Shown here piece by piece: positions 37,857 through 45,259 of a stretch of 56,838 nt of DNA (position 1 is the stretch's first letter; each line of letters begins with the position of its first letter). A model generated the notes under the pieces. That model was not told where the DNA came from. It searched no databases and saw only the letters and a list, made by a program, of their open reading frames with translations. Position numbers and translations under genes: made by a program. Where the stretch lies: assembly GCA_900546525.1 (NCBI GenBank), contig URDE01000001.1:1-56838 (forward strand). The letters are read 5' to 3'. The stretch comes from an uncultured Collinsella sp. (GTDB lineage Bacteria > Actinomycetota > Coriobacteriia > Coriobacteriales > Coriobacteriaceae).

Positions 37857-39314
37857 ATGAGCGATAGCCAGAACATGTCCGATGAGGTACGCGCCCGCCT
37901 TCGCGCTATTCCTTCCGTCAACGAGCTGCTTGCCGAGTGGCCGGTGGTGAAGGCGGCGGGGGAGACCTGCGACGCGGTGGTCCATGCTGCCGTGACGGCC
38001 GAGCTCGACGAGGAGCGCGCTGCGATTCGTGCCGGTGCCGCCCCGCGTTCCAAGCGCGACCTGGCCTCGGCCATCGAGTGGCGTGCGCATCGCTCTGCGC
38101 TGCCGAGCCTGCGCCCAGCAGTTAATGCCACGGGTGTGGTCATCCATACCAACTTGGGCCGCGCCCCGCTCGCGGAGTCGGTCGCCAAGGCCGTGGCCGA
38201 GGTTGCGCGCGGGTACAGCACGCTCGAGTACAGTGTGGACACTTGTTCGCGCGGGTCGCGCAAGGAGCACGCCGCGGAGCTGATCCGCTCGCTCACCGGT
38301 GCCGAGGACGCGCTCGTGGTCAACAACAACGCCGCCGCGGTACTGCTGGTGCTGGCGACTCATGCCGCAGGCAAGGAGGTTATCGTCAGCCGCGGCGAGC
38401 TTGTCGAGATCGGCGGCAGCTTCCGCATCCCCGATGTCATGGCGGCTTCGGGCGCCAAACTCGTCGAGGTCGGCGCCACCAACCGCACGCACCTGGGCGA
38501 CTACGAGCGCGCCATCACGCCCGAAACGGCCATGATCCTCAAGGTTCATCCTTCCAACTATCGCATCGAGGGTTTTCACGAGGAAGTGAGCTCAAGGGAG
38601 CTCGCCGCCCTGGCCCACAAGCATGGCCTGCTGTTCTACGAGGACCAGGGCTCGGGCGCGCTGTTGCCCGACGACATCTTGGTGCGCGGCGGCGAAGAAA
38701 CCACGCCGGCTTCGGTTTCGGCAGGGCTCGATATCGTGTCGTGCTCGGGTGATAAGCTGCTGGGTGCCGCACAGGCGGGCATTATCATGGGCCGTCGCGA
38801 TCTGGTCCAGGCTTGCGGGTCGCATCCGCTTATGCGTGCCCTGCGCCCGGGCAAGCTCGCACTGGCTGCGCTCGAGGCTACACTGCGCATTTATATGGAT
38901 GGGGCGGATGTGGCCCATCGCGAGGTGCCGGTGCTCAACATGCTCACGCTTCCGCAGGCTCATCTGGAGCGTCGCGCACGCAAGCTGCGCGAGCTGATGG
39001 TGGCAGGCCTCGATAAGGCGGGTCGCCCGTGCGCCGTTCAGGTGGAGATCGTCGAAGAGTCGTCGACTCCCGGCGGCGGCTCGCTGCCTACCGTCGAGTT
39101 GCCCACGATGTGCGTGGCCGTCTGCCCGGTCGACGGGCGCCTGTCCGTCGACGCGCTCAAGCGCTCGCTCGTTCAAGACTTCGATACGCCGGTCGTCACG
39201 CGCGCCTCGCACGATCGCGTCCTGTTTGACGTGCGCACACTCGTGGGCGACCGCGATATCGAGACGGCGGCATCGACGCTCGTCGCGTGCGTTGAGAAGG
39301 CGATTGCTCGATGA
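37857..39314 (+). CDS. selA: L-seryl-tRNA(Sec) selenium transferase
   Basis: VNATGVVIHTNLGRAPL, SRGELVEIGGSFRIPDVM, KVHPSNY and SGDKLLG motifs. Confidence 0.96.
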   Translation: MSDSQNMSDEVRARLRAIPSVNELLAEWPVVKAAGETCDAVVHAAVTAELDEERAAIRAGAAPRSKRDLASAIEWRAHRSALPSLRPAVNATGVVIHTNLGRAPLAESVAKAVAEVARGYSTLEYSVDTCSRGSRKEHAAELIRSLTGAEDALVVNNNAAAVLLVLATHAAGKEVIVSRGELVEIGGSFRIPDVMAASGAKLVEVGATNRTHLGDYERAITPETAMILKVHPSNYRIEGFHEEVSSRELAALAHKHGLLFYEDQGSGALLPDDILVRGGEETTPASVSAGLDIVSCSGDKLLGAAQAGIIMGRRDLVQACGSHPLMRALRPGKLALAALEATLRIYMDGADVAHREVPVLNMLTLPQAHLERRARKLRELMVAGLDKAGRPCAVQVEIVEESSTPGGGSLPTVELPTMCVAVCPVDGRLSVDALKRSLVQDFDTPVVTRASHDRVLFDVRTLVGDRDIETAASTLVACVEKAIAR

Positions 39315-41278
39315 GTGAGGTTCAGGCGCTGGTGGAGTGTCCCGTTATCGTTGGCACGGCGGGCCACGTTGACCACGGCAAGTCGGCATTGATCGAGGCG
39401 TTGACCGGCAAGAATCCCGACCGTCTGGAGGTTGAGCGCCGTCGCGGTATGACCGTGGAGCTGGGCTTTGGCGAGCTGGCACTGCCGAGTGGCAAGATCG
39501 TCGGCCTGGTCGACGTGCCGGGCCACGCGCATTACCTGCGCGCCATGGTGCAGGGTGCGACAGGCATCGACGTCGCCGTGCTGGTGGTATCGGCCGTTGA
39601 GGGCGTAATGCCGCAGACGCGCGAGCACGTGCACGTGCTGGAGTTGCTGGGTGTCACGCATATGGTGGTGGCGCTGACGATGTGCGACCTGGCCGATGCC
39701 GAGATGACCGAGCTTGCCGAGCTCGACGTCGATGACTTTTTGTCGGGTACCGTGTTTGCGGGCGCGCCGATCGTCCCCGTGTCGTCTAAGACGGGCGAGG
39801 GGATCGACGGACTGCTTGCGGTGCTCGACGAGCAGGTAAATGCCTGCTGGGATGCCTGCCGTGCCCGTGCCGAGCTCACCGATGCCGCACCGCGCCTGCC
39901 TATCGACCGCTGCTTTACGATCAAGGGCGTCGGCACCGTCGTGACGGGAACGCTGCACGATGCGCCGGTTGCGGTCGGCGACGAGCTGATGGCCTTGCCG
40001 TCGCGTACGGTCTGTCGCGTGCGCGGGATTCAGGTGCATGGTGACACGCCGCGGGCACTGCCCGGACAGCGCGTGGCGCTCAACTTGGTGGGCGATGCTG
40101 TCGCCGCGCTCGATCGCGGTGAGATGCTCGGCGTGGAGGGCCGTTTTGGTCAGACGTTGCGCTTTATGATGACATTCACCTACCTGGGTCGCGAGGGCGC
40201 CAAGCCGCGCGTGCTCGAGTCGGGCGCGCGCGTGCATGTGATGGCCGGCACGGCCGAGGTTGTTGGCCGCATCATGCTTTTGGAGGGCGAGGCCCCCATG
40301 GCGGTGGGCGAGACCCGTACCGTACAAGTGCGCTTGGAGGAGCCGCTGCCGCTGGGAGCCGGAGACCATGCCGTGGTGCTGTCGTATTCGCCCGTTATGC
40401 TCATTGGCGGCGGGCGTGTGCTGCTTTCGCGCTGCCGTCGCTCGCGCGAGCTTTCGGCGGGGGAGCGCACGCTGCTTGCAGCGCTTGAGGCCGGCGATGC
40501 CGCGGGCGGTGTGGGCGCTTGGCTGGCGCTGCAGATGCTGCCAGTTACGGCGGTTGATGTTGCCGACGCTTTGGATCTTGGTGTCGGCGAGGTCGATGCC
40601 GCACTGCGCGGGTTGGTGTCGCAGGGCTCTGTTCGCAAGCTTGCTGTGGGTGATGCGGACTACTTGGCGGACGCCGTGGTGCTCGACGCTGCGATGGATG
40701 CACTGGCGGCGACCCTGTCAGCCATGCACGCGGCGGCTCCTAAGGAGACGGGCTTTACGCCCAGCGCCGTTGCCCATGCTGCGTGGCCTGCCGCTGATGA
40801 TGGCGTTGCCGCGGCTCTGATTGCCGAGGGCTGCTCGCGTGGCGTGTGTGCCGCCGAGGGTGCCGAGGTATTCGACCCGCACTCCGCTGCCGCCGCGGCG
40901 CGTGTGGTGCGCGAGGCCTGCGAACGTATCGTTGCCTTGCTGGACGAAGCCGGCCTCGATGCACCGATATTGCCCGAGGCGGGCGAGCAGTTGCAGCTCG
41001 ATCGCGACACCATGACGCGTGCCCTGCGCGAACTTTCGCTCAACCGCTCGATCGTTAAGGTCGAGCGCGACGTTGCCCTGTCTGCTGCCGCCGAGGCCCA
41101 TGCGCGTGAGCTCGTCGCCGCCGCCATCGAGGCAGCCGGCGGCGCAGCCACCACGAGCGTGCTGCGTGAGGCCCTGGGCGTGTCGCGCAAACGCGCCATC
41201 AGCATCTTGGAGCACCTGGATGCCGTGCGCTTTACGGTGCTCGACAAGGATGCCGGCGGCCTGCGCTCCCTGCGCTAG
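39311..41278 (+). CDS. selB: Selenocysteine-specific elongation factor
   Basis: GTAGHVDHGKS, RGMTVELGF, DVPGH, GVMPQTREH motifs and C-terminal SRK...LEHLD winged helix. Confidence 0.95.
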   Translation: MSEVQALVECPVIVGTAGHVDHGKSALIEALTGKNPDRLEVERRRGMTVELGFGELALPSGKIVGLVDVPGHAHYLRAMVQGATGIDVAVLVVSAVEGVMPQTREHVHVLELLGVTHMVVALTMCDLADAEMTELAELDVDDFLSGTVFAGAPIVPVSSKTGEGIDGLLAVLDEQVNACWDACRARAELTDAAPRLPIDRCFTIKGVGTVVTGTLHDAPVAVGDELMALPSRTVCRVRGIQVHGDTPRALPGQRVALNLVGDAVAALDRGEMLGVEGRFGQTLRFMMTFTYLGREGAKPRVLESGARVHVMAGTAEVVGRIMLLEGEAPMAVGETRTVQVRLEEPLPLGAGDHAVVLSYSPVMLIGGGRVLLSRCRRSRELSAGERTLLAALEAGDAAGGVGAWLALQMLPVTAVDVADALDLGVGEVDAALRGLVSQGSVRKLAVGDADYLADAVVLDAAMDALAATLSAMHAAAPKETGFTPSAVAHAAWPAADDGVAAALIAEGCSRGVCAAEGAEVFDPHSAAAAARVVREACERIVALLDEAGLDAPILPEAGEQLQLDRDTMTRALRELSLNRSIVKVERDVALSAAAEAHARELVAAAIEAAGGAATTSVLREALGVSRKRAISILEHLDAVRFTVLDKDAGGLRSLR

Positions 41279-41314
41279 ATTGGCTGCTTGGTTTGGTAAA
41301 ATACTTCCGCACTT

Positions 41315-41411
41315 GGGAACGGATGGGCTCCGGTGGGCTCCGCGGTCCTCAAAACCGTTGCGAGGCGTGCAAAACGTCTTGGATGTGTTCGATTCACATA
41401 CGTTCCCGCCA
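41315..41411 (+). tRNA. selC: tRNA-Sec(TCA)
   Basis: GGGAACG/CGTTCCC acceptor, 6-bp D stem with 4-nt loop, anticodon TCA 41349-41351, long variable arm, ATGTG-TTCGATT-CACAT T arm, GCCA end; directly after selB. Confidence 0.92.
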
Positions 41412-41419
41412 TACGCTAC

Positions 41420-41476
41420 CAGCGCTTTTGTGCTCGCGGTCTTGCTGCGTGCCGCAAAAGCGCTGTTTTGTTTTTG
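41420..41476 (+). terminator. Terminator after selC
   Basis: CAGCGCTTTTG/CAAAAGCGCTG stem followed by TTTTGTTTTT. Confidence 0.7.
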
Positions 41477-41566
41477 CATGGGTTTGCCGTGCCGCCCACT
41501 TTATCGGCGACGGTATTTGGCTTCGTGTGCTGGGTTTTGAGCATGCCGATGGGGGTGGTTTGCCGT

Positions 41567-42199
41567 ATGACTACCGTAAGACGGACTGATCTTTCTTGTG
41601 TCGTCCAGGCGGGCGGGCTGTCCTCGCGCATGGGCTGCGATAAGGCGCGCATGGCGTTTTGCGGCGAGCCGCTCATCGAGCGCGTACTGGGTCGGTTGGC
41701 GCCAGTTGCCGGTGAGTTGGTCGTGACGACGTCGCGTCCCAGCGAGCTTGCCTACCTTGAGGAGCGCACGTTTGGCGGCCTTGTGCCGCGTGTGGTGGCC
41801 GACCTTGAAGGGTCGGCGGGCGCCATGCGCGGCATCGCGAGCTCGCTGGCCGCGGCTCGATTGCCGCTCGTGGCGATCGTCGCCTGCGATATGCCGTTTG
41901 TCTCGCCGGAACTCATCGGCGCGCTTGCCGATCGTGTTGAGGCCGAGGCGCTCGACGTGTGCGTGCCGCGCGAGGAGCGGGGGATTGAGCCGCTTTGCGC
42001 CGTCTGGCGCCGTGACGCGTGTGCGCCGGTTGCCCAAGAGCTGCTCGCCTGCGACCGCCAGCGCATTCGCTGCCTGATCAATCGCGTTCAGGCCGGTTAT
42101 ATGGATGAGCCGCAGATCGTTAAGGCCGCGGGCTCGACGCTCTGCTTCGAGAACGTCAATACGCCCGAGGAGTTTGCGGCGGCCGAGTTGCTCGCCTAG
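41567..42199 (+). CDS. mobA: Molybdenum cofactor guanylyltransferase
   Basis: QAGGLSSRMGCDKA, ACDMPFV, EPLCAVW and NVNTPEE motifs. Confidence 0.92.
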   Translation: MTTVRRTDLSCVVQAGGLSSRMGCDKARMAFCGEPLIERVLGRLAPVAGELVVTTSRPSELAYLEERTFGGLVPRVVADLEGSAGAMRGIASSLAAARLPLVAIVACDMPFVSPELIGALADRVEAEALDVCVPREERGIEPLCAVWRRDACAPVAQELLACDRQRIRCLINRVQAGYMDEPQIVKAAGSTLCFENVNTPEEFAAAELLA

Positions 42200-42214
42200 A
42201 CGATTGGAGTTGCC

Positions 42215-42610
42215 ATGTCTCACGATATTTGCCTCGATACCGGGGAACCTTGCACCTGCGATGGGTCCGAGTCTTGCACCTGCGGCTGTGGCGGCTGTGG
42301 ACATACGGCCGAGGAAGAGGCAGCGGCGGCTGCGTATCGCGAGTCGCACCGCGAAGGCCCGTCCGGTGAGGCCCTCGACCACGAGCGCAAGATTATCGTG
42401 TCGTTTGACAGCACCTTCGATGTGATGGAATGCGAGCAGCTGTGCCTGGATGCCGGCGTGCCCGGGCGCATTATGCCTTTGCCCGGCTCCATTACCGCAG
42501 GTTGCGGTCTGTGCTGGGCCATGCCGTTCTCGGGCGATGCGCTCGCCGCCTTCCGCGCTGCCACCGAAGGCCGCATAACCCCCGCCGACTACCATCAGCT
42601 CGTCCTCTAA
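42215..42610 (+). CDS. DUF3343 family protein with Cys-rich N-terminal extension
   Basis: VSFDSTFDVM...GRIMPLPGSITAGCGLCW; N-terminus CLDTGEPCTCDGSESCTCGCGGCGH. Confidence 0.78.
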   Translation: MSHDICLDTGEPCTCDGSESCTCGCGGCGHTAEEEAAAAAYRESHREGPSGEALDHERKIIVSFDSTFDVMECEQLCLDAGVPGRIMPLPGSITAGCGLCWAMPFSGDALAAFRAATEGRITPADYHQLVL

Positions 42611-42616
42611 CCACCA

Positions 42617-42655
42617 AAACCACCACATTGGGGACAGGCACCTTTGTGGTGGTTT
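42617..42655. repeat. REP-like hairpin with GGGACAGGCACC core
   Basis: AAACCACCACA/TGTGGTGGTTT arms; core resembles the palindrome at 1-27. Confidence 0.5.
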
Positions 42656-42866
42656 GGAACACGTGGACGAAACAGGTTTGAAACACGGGTTTTGCACGTC
42701 AGGCACTCAAAAACGTCTTTACCTGCATCGTAATCAAAATGAAACATCCGCCCGCGGCCTTATTCGTAACTTTGCTGCAACAGTGCGATATTATCCATAC
42801 TCGATAAAGTTCGCGGCGCATAGGGTGCCGCGACCAACATTTTCGTTTCCCATCATTGGAGGAAGC

Positions 42867-44222
42867 ATGAGCTACACGCAGAAAGTTCTCGAAGAGCTCA
42901 AGGCCCGCTATCCCGAGCAGCCTGAGTTCATCCAGGCCGCGACCGAGATCCTCGGCACCATCCAGCCGGCGCTCGACGCCCATCCCGAGTACGAGGAGGC
43001 CGCCCTGCTGGAGCGCCTCGTCGAGCCCGAGCGCATCGTCATGTTCCGTGTTCCCTGGGTCGACGACCAGGGCAAGGTTCAGGTCAACCGCGGTTACCGC
43101 GTCGAGTTCAACTCTGCCATTGGACCCTACAAGGGCGGCCTGCGCTTTAACCCGACGGTCACCCTGGGTATGCTCAAGTTCCTGGGCCTGGAGCAGATCC
43201 TCAAGAACAGCCTGACCACCCTTCCCATGGGCGGCGGCAAGGGCGGCTCCGACTTCGACCCCAAGGGCAAGTCCAACAACGAGATCATGCACTTCTGCCA
43301 GTCCTTCATGACCGAGCTCTATCGCCACATCGGCCCCAACACCGACGTTCCCGCCGGCGACCTGGGCGTTGGCGGCCGCGAGGTTGCCTACCTGTTCGGT
43401 CAGTACAAGCGCCTGACCAACGAGTGGACCGGCGTCCTCACCGGCAAGGGCCTCTCCTTTGGCGGCTCGCTCGCCCGTACCGAGGCCACCGGCTACGGCC
43501 TGGCCTACTTTGTGGACGAGTACCTCAAGAGCCGCGGCGACTCCTTCGAGGGCAAGAACGTCGTCGTTCACGGCTCCGGCAACGTCGCCATCTATGCGGT
43601 CCAGAAGGTCTCCCAGCTCGGCGGTAAGGTGCTGGCCTGCTCCGATACACACGGCTGGGTCGAGGATCCCGACGGCATCGACTACACCGTGCTCGAGCAC
43701 GTCTACAACAAGAAGCGCTCCGGCCACGACAAGGGCGTTACGCTTGCTATGTACGTTGACGAGAAGCCCAACGCCGTGTGGCACGAGGGCGACGGCCGCG
43801 GCGTGTGGCAGCTGCCCTGCGACATCGCGCTGCCCTGCGCTCGCGAGAACACGCTGCTGCTCGAGGACGCCCAGGCGCTCGTCGCCAACGGCTGCAAGGT
43901 GGTCGGCGAGGGTGCGAACATGCCCACGACCATCGAGGCTACGACCTACTTCCAGGAGAACGGCGTCGCCTTTATGCCTGGTAAGGCTGCCAACGCCGGC
44001 GGCGTACTCGTTTCCGGCCTGGAGATGAGCCAGAATGCCGAGCACCTGTCCTGGACCTTCGAGGAGGTCGACGGCAAGCTCGAGCAGCTCATGCGCGGCA
44101 TGTTCCACAACGTGGACGACACCGCCAAGGAGTATGGCCAGGAAGGCAACTTCGTTATGGGCGCCAACATCGCCGGCTTCCTGAAGGTCGCCGACGCCAT
44201 GCTCGCCCAGGGCGTCTGCTAA
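42867..44222 (+). CDS. gdhA: NADP-specific glutamate dehydrogenase
   Basis: GPYKGGLRF, PMGGGKGGSDFDPKG, DVPAGD, RTEATGYG and KAANAGGV motifs. Confidence 0.97.
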   Translation: MSYTQKVLEELKARYPEQPEFIQAATEILGTIQPALDAHPEYEEAALLERLVEPERIVMFRVPWVDDQGKVQVNRGYRVEFNSAIGPYKGGLRFNPTVTLGMLKFLGLEQILKNSLTTLPMGGGKGGSDFDPKGKSNNEIMHFCQSFMTELYRHIGPNTDVPAGDLGVGGREVAYLFGQYKRLTNEWTGVLTGKGLSFGGSLARTEATGYGLAYFVDEYLKSRGDSFEGKNVVVHGSGNVAIYAVQKVSQLGGKVLACSDTHGWVEDPDGIDYTVLEHVYNKKRSGHDKGVTLAMYVDEKPNAVWHEGDGRGVWQLPCDIALPCARENTLLLEDAQALVANGCKVVGEGANMPTTIEATTYFQENGVAFMPGKAANAGGVLVSGLEMSQNAEHLSWTFEEVDGKLEQLMRGMFHNVDDTAKEYGQEGNFVMGANIAGFLKVADAMLAQGVC

Positions 44223-44247
44223 ATCTTCGCTCGACATAGCATGTGAT

Positions 44248-44281
44248 AAGGCTCCCAGCCATTCCGGCTGGGAGCCTTTTT
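44248..44281 (+). terminator. Rho-independent terminator
   Basis: AAGGCTCCCAGCC/GGCTGGGAGCCTT stem plus T run. Confidence 0.85.
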
Positions 44282-44344
44282 CTATGGTGGCGAGGGCTGT
44301 GCGCCCTCGTTTGGTACACTTAGGGGTACTGGACAAGTGGAGAG

Positions 44345-45259
44345 ATGGGGGAGAACGTGCTCAAGTTCGGTACCTACGTCCGTGTTGGAAGCGCGGCCGA
44401 AGCCTATGAGCTCTTGCAGAAGAACCGCAACAATAAGATTGTGGGCGGCGGCATCTGGATGCGCCTGGGTTCGCGGCGCGTGGCGACGGCGATTGACCTT
44501 TCGGCCTGCGGGCTCGATCAGATCGAGGAGACCGAGACCGAGTTTCGCATCGGCGCCATGTGTACCCTGCGCCAGCTCGAGCGCCATGCCGAGCTCAACG
44601 CGCTTGTCAACAATGTCTTTGAGTTCGCCGTCCACGATATCGTGGGCGTGCAGCTGCGCAATACCGCCACGGTGGGCGGCAGCATCTACGGCCGCTTTGG
44701 CTTCTCGGACGTGCTCTCGGCCTTTTTGGCGCTCGATTCGTATGTTGAACTGACGGGTGCCGGCCGCGTGCCGCTCGCCGAGTTCGTGCGGATGGGCTAC
44801 GTGCGTGACGTGATCGAGCACGTGGTGGTCGTTAAGCACGATTACCGTGCCAGCTATGAGGCCGTGCGCAAGGCCGCGACCGACTTCCCCTCCTTAAACG
44901 TCACCGCCGCCTGGTGGGACAACAGCTGGCATGTCACCGTAGGCGCCCGCCCGCTGCGCGCGACCCTGCTGCAGGGCGAGGCATGTGGCCTTACCGCCGA
45001 GCAGCCTTCCGAGGACGAGCTGCGCGCCCTGGCCGCGTCCGTACGCGCGCTGAGCTACGGTACCAACCTGTGGGGCTCGGCCGACTACCGCCGTCGCATC
45101 TCGGCCCCGCTGGCGATTCAGGCCGTGCGCCGCGCCGCCGGCATCGAGCTTACGGCCGCGCTTGCCCGCGAGCTCGAGACCGTGCAAGTGCCTAAGTTTG
45201 CCACGGACGAGTATTCCTGCCGCCGCGTGCCCGGCGTCGATTCTAGCGAGGTGCGCTAA
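44345..45259 (+). CDS. Molybdenum hydroxylase FAD-binding subunit (YgfM/XdhB-like)
   Basis: IVGGG, RIGAMCTL and QLRNTATVGGS motifs. Confidence 0.85.
   Translation: MGENVLKFGTYVRVGSAAEAYELLQKNRNNKIVGGGIWMRLGSRRVATAIDLSACGLDQIEETETEFRIGAMCTLRQLERHAELNALVNNVFEFAVHDIVGVQLRNTATVGGSIYGRFGFSDVLSAFLALDSYVELTGAGRVPLAEFVRMGYVRDVIEHVVVVKHDYRASYEAVRKAATDFPSLNVTAAWWDNSWHVTVGARPLRATLLQGEACGLTAEQPSEDELRALAASVRALSYGTNLWGSADYRRRISAPLAIQAVRRAAGIELTAALARELETVQVPKFATDEYSCRRVPGVDSSEVR

Noticed and set aside
41333..41566. Upstream extensions of mobA (and of tig 48177, gdhA 42654) in the ORF track
   Set aside because: They overlap tRNA genes, terminators or promoter DNA; downstream starts fit the family sizes
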